A stretch of DNA of 64,000 nt from the human T2T-CHM13v2.0 reference genome, Homo sapiens. The stretch lies in the NCBI RefSeq assembly GCF_009914755.1, contig NC_060944.1; one strand, 5' to 3'. The position numbers and the translations under genes were made by a program. Below are positions 21,412 through 36,100 of this stretch, piece by piece (within the stretch, counting starts at the first letter, position 1; the number at the start of each line of letters is the position of its first letter). A model generated the notes under the pieces. It was not told the DNA's origin and did not search any database. It saw nothing but the letters and a program-made list of their open reading frames with translations.

Positions 21412-24129
21412 ATTCTCAGAAACTGCTTTGGGTTGTTTCAATTGAAGTCCCAGTGTTGAACATTCCCATTCATAGAGCAGGTTTGAAACACTCTTTTTGT
21501 ACTATCTGGAAGTGGACATTTGGAGCGCTTTCAGGTCTACGGTGAAAAAGGAGATATCTTCCAATAAAAACTAGATAGAAGCAATGTCAGAACTCTTTTC
21601 ATGATGTATCTACTCAGCAAACAGAGTTGAACCTTTCTTTTGAGAGAGCAGTTTTGAAACACTCTTTTTGTGGAATATGCAAGTGGGTATTAGGCCAGCT
21701 TGGAGGATTTCGTTGGAAACGGGAATACGTATAAAAAGCAGACAGCAGCATTGTCAGAAACTACTTTGTGATGTTTGCATTCAAGTCACAGAATTGAACA
21801 CTCCCTTTCACAGAGCAGGTTTGAAACACTCTTTTTGTAGTGTCTGTAAGTGAACATTTGGATTGCTTTCAGGCCTAAGGTGAAAAAGGAAATATCTTCC
21901 CATAAAAACTAGACAGAAGCATTCTCAGAAACTTGTTTGTGATGTGTGCCCTCTACTGACAGAGTTGAACCTTTCTTTGCAAAGAGCAGTTTTGAAACAC
22001 TCTTTTTGTAGAATCTGCAAGAGGATATTTGGATAGCTTTGAGGATTTCTTGGGAAACGGGAATGTCTTCAGATAAACTCTAGACAGAAGCATTCTCAGA
22101 AACTTCTTTGGGATGTTTCAATTGAAGTCACAGTGTTGAACATTCCCTTTCACAGAGCAGGTTTGAAACACTCTTTTTGTAGTGTCTATAAGTGAACATT
22201 TGGCGTGCTTTCAGGCCTAACGTGAAAAAGGAAATATCTTCCCATAAAAACTAGACAGAAGCATTCTCAGAAACTTGTTCTTGATGTGTGCCCTCTACTG
22301 ACAGAGTTGAACCTTTCTTTGCAAAGAGCAGCTTTGAAACACTCTTTTTGTAGAATCTGCAAGAGGATATTTGGATAGCTTGGAGGATTTCGTTGGAAAC
22401 GGGTATGTCTTCAGATAAACTCTAGACAGAAGCATTCTCAGAAACTTCTTTGGGATGTTGCATTCAAGTCACAGAGTAGAACATTCCCATTCATAGAGCA
22501 GATTTGAAACACTCTTTTTGTAGTATCTGGAAGTGGACATTTGGAGCGCTTTCAGGCCTATGTTGAAAAAGGAAATATCTTCCCATAAAAACTAGACGGA
22601 AGCATTCTCAGAAACTTATTTGTGATGTGTTTGCTCAACTAACAGGATTGAACCATCGTTTTGAAGGAGCAGTTTTGAAACACTGTTTTCGTGGAATCTG
22701 CAAGTGGATATTTGCTAGCTTTGAGGATTTCGTTGGAAACGGGATTACATATAAAAAGGAGACAGCAGCATTCTCAGAAACTTCTTTGTGATGTCTGCAT
22801 TCAATTCACAGAGTTGAGCATTCCCTTTCATAGAGCAGGTTGGAAACACTCTTTTTGTAGTATCTGGATGAGGACATTTGGAGCGCTTTCAGGCGTATGG
22901 TGAAAAAGGAAATATCTTCCCGTAAAAACTAGACAGAAGCCTTCTCAGAAGTTTATTTGTGATGTGTGCCCTCAACTAACAGAGTTGAACCTTTCTTTTG
23001 ATAGAGCAGTTTTGAAACACTCTTTTTGTAAAATCTGCAAGAGGATATTTGGATAGCTTTGAGGATTTCGTTGCAAACGGGAATGGCTTCATATAAACTC
23101 TAGACAGAAGCATTCTCAGAAACTTCGTTGGGATGTTTCGATTGAAGTCCCAGTGTTGAACATTCCCTTTTATAGAGCAGGTTGGAAACACTCTTTCTGC
23201 ATTCCCTGGAAGTGGACATTTGGAGCGCTTTCAGGACGACGGTGAAAATGGAAATATCTTCCAAGAAAATCTAGATAGAAGCAATGTCAGAAACTTTTAT
23301 GTGATGGATCTACTCAGCTAACAGAGTTGAACCTTTCTTTTGAGAGAGCAGTTTTGCAACACTCTTTTTGTGGAATATGCAAGTGGATATTAGGGCAGCT
23401 TTGAGGATTTCGTTGGAAACGGGAATACATGTAAAAAGCAGACAGCAGCATTCTCAGAAACTTCTTTGTGATGTTTGCATTGAAGTCACAGAGTTGAACA
23501 TTCCCTTTGAGAGAGCAGGTTTGAAACACGCCTTTTGTCATATCTGGAAGTGTCCATTCGGAGCGCATTCAGGCTTGTGTTGAAAAAGGAAATATCCTCC
23601 CATAAAAACTAGACAGAAGCATTCTCAGAAACTTATCTGTGATGTATGTACTCAACTAACAGAACTAAACCATCGTTTTGAAGGAGCAGTTTTGAAACAC
23701 TCTTTTTGCGGAATCTGCAAGTGGATATTTGGCTAGCTGGGAGGATTTCGTTGGAAACGGGATTACATACAAAAAGCAGACAGCAGCATTCTCAGAAACT
23801 TCTTTGTGATGTTTGCATTCAAGTCACAGAGTTGAACATTCCCTTTCATAGAGCAGGTTTGAAACACTCTTTTTGTAGTATCTGGATGTGGACATTTGGA
23901 TCGCTTTCAGGCCTATGGTGAAAAAGGAAATATCTTCCCATGAAGACTAGACAGAAGCATTCTCAGAAACTTATTTGTGATGTGTGCCCTCAACTGACAG
24001 TGTTGAACCTTTGTTTTGATAGAGCAGTTCTGAAACACACTTTTTGTAAAATCTGCAAGAGGATATTTGGATAGCTTTGAGGATTTCGTTGGAAACGGGA
24101 ATGTCTTCATGTAAACTCTAGACAGAAGC
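21412..24129 (+). repeat. 16-mer HOR with a 1-bp deletion (HOR9, 2718 bp)
   Basis: GGATATTTGCTAGC at ~22706-22719 versus GGATATTTGGCTAGC in all other copies. Marker spacing 21668->24386 is 2718. Confidence 0.93.
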
Positions 24130-27100
24130 ATTCTCAGAAACTGCTTTGGGTTGTTTCAATTGAAGTCCCAGTGTTGAACATTCCCATTCATAGAGCAGGT
24201 TTGAAACACTCTTTTTGTACTATCTGGAAGTGGACATTTGGAGCGCTTTCAGGTCTACGGTGAAAAAGGAGATATCTTCCAATAAAAACTAGATAGAAGC
24301 AATGTCAGAACTCTTTTCATGATGTATCTACTCAGCAAACAGAGTTGAACCTTTCTTTTGAGAGAGCAGTTTTGAAACACTCTTTTTGTGGAATATGCAA
24401 GTGGGTATTAGGCCAGCTTGGAGGATTTCGTTGGAAACGGGAATACGTATAAAAAGCAGACAGCAGCATTGTCAGAAACTACTTTGTGATGTTTGCATTC
24501 AAGTCACAGAATTGAACACTCCCTTTCACAGAGCAGGTTTGAAACACTCTTTTTGTAGTGTCTGTAAGTGAACATTTGGATTGCTTTCAGGCCTAAGGTG
24601 AAAAAGGAAATATCTTCCCATAAAAACTAGACAGAAGCATTCTCAGAAACTTGTTTGTGATGTGTGCCCTCTACTGACAGAGTTGAACCTTTCTTTGCAA
24701 AGAGCAGTTTTGAAACACTCTTTTTGTAGAATCTGCAAGAGGATATTTGGATAGCTTTGAGGATTTCTTGGGAAACGGGAATGTCTTCAGATAAACTCTA
24801 GACAGAAGCATTCTCAGAAACTTCTTTGGGATGTTTCAATTGAAGTCACAGTGTTGAACATTCCCTTTCACAGAGCAGGTTTGAAACACTCTTTTTGTAG
24901 TGTCTATAAGTGAACATTTGGCGTGCTTTCAGGCGTAACGTGAAAAAGGAAATATCTTCCCATAAAAACTAGACAGAAGCATTCTCAGAAACTTGTTCTT
25001 GATGTGTCCCCTCTACTGACAGAGTTGAACCTTTCTTTGCAAAGAGCAGCTTTGAAACACTCTTTTTGTAGAATCTGCAAGAGGATATTTGGATAGCTTG
25101 GAGGATTTCGTTGGAAACGGGTATGTCTTCAGATAAACTCTAGACAGAAGCATTCTCAGAAACTTCTTTGGGATGTTGCATTCAAGTCACAGAGTAGAAC
25201 ATTCCCATTCATAGAGCAGATTTGAAACACTCTTTTTGTAGTATCTGGAAGTGGACATTTGGAGCGCTTTCAGGCCTATGTTGAAAAAGGAAATATCTTC
25301 CCATATAAACTAGACGGAAGCATTCTCAGAAACTTATTTGTGATGTGTTTGCTCAACTAACAGGATTGAACCATCGTTTTGAAGGAGCAGTTTTGAAACA
25401 CTGTTTTCGTGGAATCTGCAAGTGGATATTTGGCTAGCTTTGAGGATTTCGTTGGAAACGGGATTACATATAAAAAGGAGACAGCAGCATTCTCAGAAAC
25501 TTCTTTGTGATGTCTGCATTCAATTCACAGAGTTGAGCATTCCCTTTCATAGAGCAGGTTGGAAACACTCTTTTTGTAGTATCTGGATGAGGACATTTGG
25601 AGCGCTTTCAGGCGTATGGTGAAAAAGGAAATATCTTCCCGTAAAAACTAGACAGAAGCATTCTCAGAAGTTTATTTGTGATGTGTGCCCTCAACTAACA
25701 GAGTTGAACCTTTCTTTTGATAGAGCAGTTTTGAAACACTCTTTTTGTAAAATCTGCAAGAGGATATTTGGATAGCTTTGAGGATTTCGTTGCAAACGGG
25801 AATGGCTTCATATAAACTCTAGACAGAAGCATTCTCAGAAACTTCGTTGGGATGTTTCGATTGAAGTCCCAGTGTTGAACATTCCCTTTTATAGAGCAGG
25901 TTGGAAACACTCTTTCTGCATTCCCTGGAAGTGGACATTTGGAGCGCTTTCAGGACGACGGTGAAAATGGAAATATCTTCCAAGAAAATCTAGATAGAAG
26001 CAATGTCAGAAACTTTTATGTGATGGATCTACTCAGCTAACAGAGTTGAACCTTTCTTTTGAGAGAGCAGTTTTGCAACACTCTTTTTGTGGAATATGCA
26101 AGTGGATATTAGGGCAGCTTTGAGGATTTCGTTGGAAACGGGAATACATGTAAAAAGCAGACAGCAGCATTCTCAGAAACTTCTTTGTGATGTTTGCATT
26201 GAAGTCACAGAGTTGAACATTCCCTTTGAGAGAGCAGGTTTGAAACACGCCTTTTGTCATATCTGGAAGTGTCCATTCGGAGCGCATTCAGGCTTGTGTT
26301 GAAAAAGGAAATATCCTCCCATAAAAACTAGACAGAAGCATTCTCAGAAACTTATCTGTGATGTATGTACTCAACTAACAGAACTAAACCATCGTTTTGA
26401 AGGAGCAGTTTTGAAACACTCTTTTTGCGGAATCTGCAAGTGGATATTTGGCTAGCTGGGAGGATTTCGTTGGAAACGGGATTACATACAAAAAGCAGAC
26501 AGCAGCATTCTCAGAAACTTCTTTGTGATGTTTGCATTCAAGTCACAGAGTTGAACATTCCCTTTCATAGAGCAGGTTTGAAACACTCTTTTTGTAGTAT
26601 CTGGATGTGGACATTTGGATCGCTTTCAGGCCTATGGTGAAAAAGGAAATATCTTCCCATGAAGACTAGACAGAAGCATTCTCAGAAACTTATTTGTGAT
26701 GTGTGCCCTCAACTGACAGTGTTGAACCTTTGTTTTGATAGAGCAGTTCTGAAACACACTTTTTGTAAAATCTGCAAGAGGATATTTGGATAGCTTTGAG
26801 GATTTCGTTGGAAACGGGAATGTCTTCATGTAAACTCTAGACAGAAGCATTCTCAGAAACTGCTTTGGGATGTTTCAATTGAAGTCCCAGTGTTGAACAT
26901 TCCCATTCATAGAGCAGGTTTGAAACACTCTTTTTGTACTATCTGGAAGTGGACATTTGGAGCGCTTTCAGGTCTACGGTGAAAAAGGAGATATCTTCCA
27001 ATAAAAACTAGATAGAAGCAATGTCAGAACTTTTTTCATGATGTATCTACTCAGCAAACAGAGTTGAACCTTTCTTTTGAGAGAGCAGTTTTGAAACACT

Positions 27101-30100
27101 CTTTTTGTGGAATATGCAAGTGGGTATTAGGCCAGCTTGGAGGATTTCGTTGGAAACGGGAATACGTATAAAAAGCAGACAGCAGCATTGTCAGAAACTA
27201 CTTTGTGATGTTTGCATTCAAGTCACAGAATTGAACACTCCCTTTCACAGAGCAGGTTTGAAACACTCTTTTTGTAGTGTCTGTAAGTGAACATTTGGAT
27301 TGCTTTCAGGCCTAAGGTGAAAAAGGAAATATTTTCCCATAAAAACTAGACAGAAGCATTCTCAGAAACTTGTTTGTGATGTGTGCCCTCTACTGACAGA
27401 GTTGAACCTTTCTTTGCAAAGAGCAGTTTTGAAACACTCTTTTTGTAGAATCTGCAAGAGGATATTTGGATAGCTTTGAGGATTTCTTGGGAAACGGGAA
27501 TGTCTTCAGATAAACTCTAGACAGAAGCATTCTCAGAAACTTCTTTGGGATGTTTCAATTGAAGTCACAGTGTTGAACATTCCCTTTCACAGAGCAGGTT
27601 TGAAACACTCTTTTTGTAGTGTCTATAAGTGAACATTTGGCGTGCTTTCAGGCCTAACGTGAAAAAGGAAATATCTTCCCATAAAAACTAGACAGAAGCA
27701 TTCTCAGAAACTTGTTCTTGATGTGTCCCCTCTACTGACAGAGTTGAACCTTTCTTTGCAAAGAGCAGCTTTGAAACACTCTTTTTGTAGAATCTGCAAG
27801 AGGATATTTGGATAGCTTGGAGGATTTCGTTGGAAACGGGTATGTCTTCAGATAAACTCTAGACAGAAGCATTCTCAGAAACTTCTTTGGGATGTTGCAT
27901 TCAAGTCACAGAGTAGAACATTCCCATTCATAGAGCAGATTTGAAACACTCTTTTTGTAGTATCTGGAAGTGGACATTTGGAGCGCTTTCAGGCCTATGT
28001 TGAAAAAGGAAATATCTTCCCATAAAAACTAGACGGAAGCATTCTCAGAAACTTATTTGTGATGTGTTTGCTCAACTAACAGGATTGAACCATCGTTTTG
28101 AAGGAGCAGTTTTGAAACACTGTTTTCGTGGAATCTGCAAGTGGATATTTGGCTAGCTTTGAGGATTTCGTTGGAAACGGGATTACATATAAAAAGGAGA
28201 CAGCAGCATTCTCAGAAACTTCTTTGTGATGTCTGCATTCAATTCACAGAGTTGAGCATTCCCTTTCATAGAGCAGGTTGGAAACACTCTTTTTGTAGTA
28301 TCTGGATGAGGACATTTGGAGCGCTTTCAGGCGTATGGTGAAAAAGGAAATATCTTCCCGTAAAAACTAGACAGAAGCATTCTCAGAAGTTTATTTGTGA
28401 TGTGTGCCCTCAACTAACAGAGTTGAACCTTTCTTTTGATAGAGCAGTTTTGAAACACTCTTTTTGTAAAATCTGCAAGAGGATATTTGGATAGCTTTGA
28501 GGATTTCGTTGCAAACGGGAATGGCTTCATATAAACTCTAGACAGAAGCATTCTCAGAAACTTCGTTGGGATGTTTCGATTGAAGTCCCAGTGTTGAACA
28601 TTCCCTTTTATAGAGCAGGTTGGAAACACTCTTTCTGCATTCCCTGGAAGTGGACATTTGGAGCGCTTTCAGGACGACGGTGAAAATGGAAATATCTTCC
28701 AAGAAAATCTAGATAGAAGCAATGTCAGAAACTTTTATGTGATGGATCTACTCAGCTAACAGAGTTGAACCTTTCTTTTGAGAGAGCAGTTTTGCAACAC
28801 TCTTTTTGTGGAATATGCAAGTGGATATTAGGGCAGCTTTGAGGATTTCGTTGGAAACGGGAATACATGTAAAAAGCAGACAGCAGCATTCTCAGAAACT
28901 TCTTTGTGATGTTTGCATTGAAGTCACAGAGTTGAACATTCCCTTTGAGAGAGCAGGTTTGAAACACGCCTTTTGTCATATCTGGAAGTGTCCATTCGGA
29001 GCGCATTCAGACTTGTGTTGAAAAAGGAAATATCCTCCCATAAAAACTAGACAGAAGCATTCTCAGAAACTTATCTGTGATGTATGTACTCAACTAACAG
29101 AACTAAACCATCGTTTTGAAGGAGCAGTTTTGAAACACTCTTTTTGCGGAATCTGCAAGTGGATATTTGGCTAGCTGGGAGGATTTCGTTGGAAACGGGA
29201 TTACATACAAAAAGCAGAGAGCAGCATTCTCAGAAACTTCTTTGTGATGTTTGCATTCAAGTCACAGAGTTGAACATTCCCTTTCATAGAGCAGGTTTGA
29301 AACACTCTTTTTGTAGTATCTGGATGTGGACATTTGGATCGCTTTCAGGCCTATGGTGAAAAAGGAAATATCTTCCCATGAAGACTAGACAGAAGCATTC
29401 TCAGAAACTTATTTGTGATGTGTGCCCTCAACTGACAGTGTTGAACCTTTGTTTTGATAGAGCAGTTCTGAAACACACTTTTTGTGAAATCTGCAAGAGG
29501 ATATTTGGATAGCTTTGAGGATTTCGTTGGAAACGGGAATGTCTTCATGTAAACTCTAGACAGAAGCATTCTCAGAAACTGCTTTGGGATGTTTCAATTG
29601 AAGTCCCAGTGTTGAACATTCCCTTTCATAGAGCAGGTTTGAAACACTCTTTTTGTACTATCTGGAAGTGGACATTTGGAGCGCTTTCAGGTCTACGGTG
29701 AAAAAGGAGATATCTTCCAATAAAAACTAGATAGAAGCAATGTCAGAACTTTTTTCATGATGTATCTACTCAGCAAACAGAGTTGAACCTTTCTTTTGAG
29801 AGAGCAGTTTTGAAACACTCTTTTTGTGGAATATGCAAGTGGGTATTAGGCCAGCTTGGAGGATTTCGTTGGAAACGGGAATACGTATAAAAAGCAGACA
29901 GCAGCATTGTCAGAAACTACTTTGTGATGTTTGCATTCAAGTCACAGAATTGAACACTCCCTTTCACAGAGCAGGTTTGAAACACTCTTTTTGTAGTGTC
30001 TGTAAGTGAACATTTGGATTGCTTTCAGGCCTAAGGTGAAAAAGGAAATATCTTCCCATAAAAACTAGACAGAAGCATTCTCAGAAACTTGTTTGTGATG

Positions 30101-33100
30101 GGGGCCCTCTACTGACAGAGTTGAACCTTTCTTTGCAAAGAGCAGTTTTGAAACACTCTTTTTGTAGAATCTGCAAGAGGATATTTGGATAGCTTTGAGG
30201 ATTTCTTGGGAAACGGGAATGTCTTCAGATAAACTCTAGACAGAAGCATTCTCAGAAACTTCTTTGGGATGTTTCAATTGAAGTCACAGTGTTGAACATT
30301 CCCTTTCACAGAGCCGGTTTGAAACACACTTTTTGTAGTGTCTATAAGTGAACATTTGGCGTGCTTTCAGGCCTAACGTGAAAAAGGAAATATCTTCCCA
30401 TAAAAACTAGACAGAAGCATTCTCAGAAACTTGTTCTTGATGTGTCCCCTCTACTGACAGAGTTGAACCTTTCTTTGCAAAGAGCAGCTTTGAAACACTC
30501 TTTTTGTAGAATCTGCAAGAGGATATTTGGATAGCTTGGAGGATTTCGTTGGAAACGGGTATGTCTTCAGATAAACTCTAGACAGAAGCATTCTCAGAAA
30601 CTTCTTTGGGATGTTGCATTCAAGTCACAGAGTAGAACATTCCCATTCATAGAGCAGATTTGAAACACTCTTTTTGTGGTATCTGGAAGTGGACATTTGG
30701 AGCGCTTTCAGGCCTATGTTGAAAAAGGAAATATCTTCCCATAAAAACTAGACGGAAGCATTCTCAGAAACTTATTTGTGATGTGTTTGCTCAACTAACA
30801 GGATTGAACCATCGTTTTGAAGGAGCAGTTTTGAAACACTGTTTTCGTGGAATCTGCAAGTGGATATTTGGCTAGCTTTGAGGATTTCGTTGGAAACGGG
30901 ATTACATATAAAAAGGAGACAGCAGCATTCTCAGAAACTTCTTTGTGATGTCTGCATTCAAGTCACAGAGTTGAGCATTCCCTTTCATAGAGCAGGTTGG
31001 AAACACTCTTTTTGTAGTATCTGGATGAGGACATTTGGAGCGCTTTCAGGCGTATGGTGAAAAAGGAAATATCTTCCCGTAAAAACTAGACAGAAGCATT
31101 CTCAGAAGTTTATTTGTGATGTGTGCCCTCAACTAACAGAGTTGAACCTTTCTTTTGATAGAGCAGTTTTGAAACACTCTTTTTGTAAAATCTGCAAGAG
31201 GATATTTGGATAGCTTTGAGGATTTCGTTGCAAACGGGAATGGCTTCATATAAACTCTAGACAGAAGCATTCTCAGAAACTTCGTTGGGATGTTTCGATT
31301 GAAGTCCCAGTGTTGAACATTCCCTTTTATAGAGCAGGTTGGAAACACTCTTTCTGCATTCCCTGGAAGTGGACATTTGGAGCGCTTTCAGGACGACGGT
31401 GAAAATGGAAATATCTTCCAAGAAAATCTAGATAGAAGCAACGTCAGAAACTTTTATGTGATGGATCTACTCAGCTAACAGAGTTGAACCTTTCTTTTGA
31501 GAGAGCAGTTTTGCAACACTCTTTTTGTGGAATATGCAAGTGGATATTAGGGCAGCTTTGAGGATTTCGTTGGAAACGGGAATACATGTAAAAAGCAGAC
31601 AGCAGCATTCTCAGAAACTTCTTTGTGATGTTTGCATTGAAGTCACAGAGTTGAACATTCCCTTTGAGAGAGCAGGTTTGAAACACGCCTTTTGTCATAT
31701 CTGGAAGTGTCCATTCGGAGCGCATTCAGGCTTGTGTTGAAAAAGGAAATATCCTCCCATAAAAACTAGACAGAAGCATTCTCAGAAACTTATCTGTGAT
31801 GTATGTACTCAACTAACAGAACTAAACCATCGTTTTGAAGGAGCAGTTTTGAAACACTCTTTTTGCGGAATCTGCAAGTGGATATTTGGCTAGCTGGGAG
31901 GATTTCGTTGGAAACGGGATTACATACAAAAAGCAGACAGCAGCATTCTCAGAAACTTCTTTGTGATGTTTGCATTCAAGTCACAGAGTTGAACATTCCC
32001 TTTCATAGAGCAGGTTTGAAACACTCTTTTTGTAGTATCTGGATGTGGACATTTGGATCGCTTTCAGGCCTATGGTGAAAAAGGAAATATCTTCCCATGA
32101 AGACTAGACAGAAGCATTCTCAGAAACTTATTTGTGATGTGTGCCCTCAACTGACAGTGTTGAACCTTTGTTTTGATAGAGCAGTTCTGAAACACACTTT
32201 TTGTAAAATCTGCAAGAGGATATTTGGATAGCTTTGAGGATTTCGTTGGAAACGGGAATGTCTTCATGTAAACTCTGGACAGAAGCATTCTCAGAAACTG
32301 CTTTGGGATGTTTCAATTGAAGTCCCAGTGTTGAACATTCCCTTTCATAGAGCAGGTTTGAAACACTCTTTTTGTACTATCTGGAAGTGGACATTTGGAG
32401 CGCTTTCAGGTCTACGGTGAAAAAGGAGATATCTTCCAATAAAAACTAGATAGAAGCAATGTCAGAACTTTTTTCATGATGTATCTACTCAGCAAACAGA
32501 GTTGAACCTTTCTTTTGAGAGAGCAGTTTTGAAACACTCTTTTTGTGGAATATGCAAGTGGGTATTAGGCCAGCTTGGAGGATTTCGTTGGAAACGGGAA
32601 TACGTATAAAAAGCAGACAGCAGCATTGTCAGAAACTACTTTGTGATGTTTGCATTCAAGTCACAGAATTGAACACTCCCTTTCACAGAGCAGGTTTGAA
32701 ACACTCTTTTTGTAGTGTCTGTAAGTGAACATTTGGATTGCTTTCAGGCCTAAGGTGAAAAAGGAAATATCTTCCCATAAAAACTAGACAGAAGCATTCT
32801 CAGAAACTTGTTTGTGATGTGTGCCCTCTACTGACAGAGTTGAACCTTTCTTTGCAAAGAGCAGTTTTGAAACACTCTTTTTGTAGAATCTGCAAGAGGA
32901 TATTTGGATAGCTTTGAGGATTTCTTGGGAAACGGGAATGTCTTCAGATAAACTCTAGACAGAAGCATTCTCAGAAACTTCTTTGGGATGTTTCAATTGA
33001 AGTCACAGTGTTGAACATTCCCTTTCACAGAGCCGGTTTGAAACACTCTTTTTGTAGTGTCTATAAGTGAACATTTGGCGTGCTTTCAGGCCTAACGTGA

Positions 33101-36100
33101 AAAAGGAAATATCTTCCCATAAAAACTAGACAGAAGCATTCTCAGAAACTTGTTCTTGATGTGTCCCCTCTACTGACAGAGTTGAACCTTTCTTTGCAAA
33201 GAGCAGCTTTGAAACACTCTTTTTGTAGAATCTGCAAGAGGATATTTGGATAGCTTGGAGGATTTCGTTGGAAACGGGTATGTCTTCAGATAAACTCTAG
33301 ACAGAAGCATTCTCAGAAACTTCTTTGGGATGTTGCATTCAAGTCACAGAGTAGAACATTCCCATTCATAGAGCAGATTTGAAACACTCTTTTTGTGGTA
33401 TCTGGAAGTGGACATTTGGAGCGCTTTCAGGCCTATGTTGAAAAAGGAAATATCTTCCCATAAAAACTAGACGGAAGCATTCTCAGAAACTTATTTGTGA
33501 TGTGTTTGCTCAACTAACAGGATTGAACCATCGTTTTGAAGGAGCAGTTTTGAAACACTGTTTTCGTGGAATCTGCAAGTGGATATTTGGCTAGCTTTGA
33601 GGATTTCGTTGGAAACGGGATTACATATAAAAAGGAGACAGCAGCATTCTCAGAAACTTCTTTGTGATGTCTGCATTCAATTCACAGAGTTGAGCATTCC
33701 CTTTCATAGAGCAGGTTGGAAACACTCTTTTTGTAGTATCTGGATGAGGACATTTGGAGCGCTTTCAGGCGTATGGTGAAAAAGGAAATATCTTCCCGTA
33801 AAAACTAGACAGAAGCATTCTCAGAAGTTTATTTGTGATGTGTGCCCTCAACTAACAGAGTTGAACCTTTCTTTTGATAGAGCAGTTTTGAAACACTCTT
33901 TTTGTAAAATCTGCAAGAGGATATTTGGATAGCTTTGAGGATTTCGTTGCAAACGGGAATGGCTTCATATAAACTCTAGACAGAAGCATTCTCAGAAACT
34001 TCGTTGGGATGTTTCGATTGAAGTCCCAGTGTTGAACATTCCCTTTTATAGAGCAGGTTGGAAACACTCTTTCTGCATTCCCTGGAAGTGGACATTTGGA
34101 GCGCTTTCAGGACGACGGTGAAAATGGAAATATCTTCCAAGAAAATCTAGATAGAAGCAATGTCAGAAACTTTTATGTGATGGATCTACTCAGCTAACAG
34201 AGTTGAACCTTTCTTTTGAGAGAGCAGTTTTGCAACACTCTTTTTGTGGAATATGCAAGTGGATATTAGGGCAGCTTTGAGGATTTCGTTGGAAACGGGA
34301 ATACATGTAAAAAGCAGACAGCAGCATTCTCAGAAACTTCTTTGTGATGTTTGCATTGAAGTCACAGAGTTGAACATTCCCTTTGAGAGAGCAGGTTTGA
34401 AACACGCCTTTTGTCATATCTGGAAGTGTCCATTCGGAGCGCATTCAGACTTGTGTTGAAAAAGGAAATATCCTCCCATAAAAACTAGACAGAAGCATTC
34501 TCAGAAACTTATCTGTGATGTATGTACTCAACTAACAGAACTAAACCATCGTTTTGAAGGAGCAGTTTTGAAACACTCTTTTTGCGGAATCTGCAAGTGG
34601 ATATTTGGCTAGCTGGGAGGATTTCGTTGGAAACGGGATTACATACAAAAAGCAGAGAGCAGCATTCTCAGAAACTTCTTTGTGATGTTTGCATTCAAGT
34701 CACAGAGTTGAACATTCCCTTTCATAGAGCAGGTTTGAAACACTCTTTTTGTAGTATCTGGATGTGGACATTTGGATCGCTTTCAGGCCTATGGTGAAAA
34801 AGGAAATATCTTCCCATGAAGACTAGACAGAAGCATTCTCAGAAACTTATTTGTGATGTGTGCCCTCAACTGACAGTGTTGAACCTTTGTTTTGATAGAG
34901 CAGTTCTGAAACACACTTTTTGTGAAATCTGCAAGAGGATATTTGGATAGCTTTGAGGATTTCGTTGGAAACGGGAATGTCTTCATGTAAACTCTAGACA
35001 GAAGCATTCTCAGAAACTGCTTTGGGATGTTTCAATTGAAGTCCCAGTGTTGAACATTCCCTTTCATAGAGCAGGTTTGAAACACTCTTTTTGTACTATC
35101 TGGAAGTGGACATTTGGAGCGCTTTCAGGTCTACGGTGAAAAAGGAGATATCTTCCAATAAAAACTAGATAGAAGCAATGTCAGAACTTTTTTCATGATG
35201 TATCTACTCAGCAAACAGAGTTGAACCTTTCTTTTGAGAGAGCAGTTTTGAAACACTCTTTTTGTGGAATATGCAAGTGGGTATTAGGCCAGCTTGGAGG
35301 ATTTCGTTGGAAACGGGAATACGTATAAAAAGCAGACAGCAGCATTGTCAGAAACTACTTTGTGATGTTTGCATTCAAGTCACAGAATTGAACACTCCCT
35401 TTCACAGAGCAGGTTTGAAACACTCTTTTTGTAGTGTCTGTAAGTGAACATTTGGATTGCTTTCAGGCCTAAGGTGAAAAAGGAAATATCTTCCCATAAA
35501 AACTAGACAGAAGCATTCTCAGAAACTTGTTTGTGATGTGTGCCCTCTACTGACAGAGTTGAACCTTTCTTTGCAAAGAGCAGTTTTGAAACACTCTTTT
35601 TGTAGAATCTGCAAGAGGATATTTGGATAGCTTTGAGGATTTCTTGGGAAACGGGAATGTCTTCAGATAAACTCTAGACAGAAGCATTCTCAGAAACTTC
35701 TTTGGGATGTTTCAATTGAAGTCACAGTGTTGAACATTCCCTTTCACAGAGCCGGTTTGAAACACTCTTTTTGTAGTGTCTATAAGTGAACATTTGGCGT
35801 GCTTTCAGGCCTAACGTGAAAAAGGAAATATCTTCCCATAAAAACTAGACAGAAGCATTCTCAGAAACTTGTTCTTGATGTGTCCCCTCTACTGACAGAG
35901 TTGAACCTTTCTTTGCAAAGAGCAGCTTTGAAACACTCTTTTTGTAGAATCTGCAAGAGGATATTTGGATAGCTTGGAGGATTTCGTTGGAAACGGGTAT
36001 GTCTTCAGATAAACTCTAGACAGAAGCATTCTCAGAAACTTCTTTGGGATGTTGCATTCAAGTCACAGAGTAGAACATTCCCATTCATAGAGCAGATTTG

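Noticed and set aside
22691-22903. Distinct ORF N-terminus (MESASGYLL...), and the altered C-terminus of ORF 4335..4580
   Set aside because: Both are simple frameshifts from 1-bp indels (~22714 and ~4500) that could be real or sequencing errors, with no functional implication.
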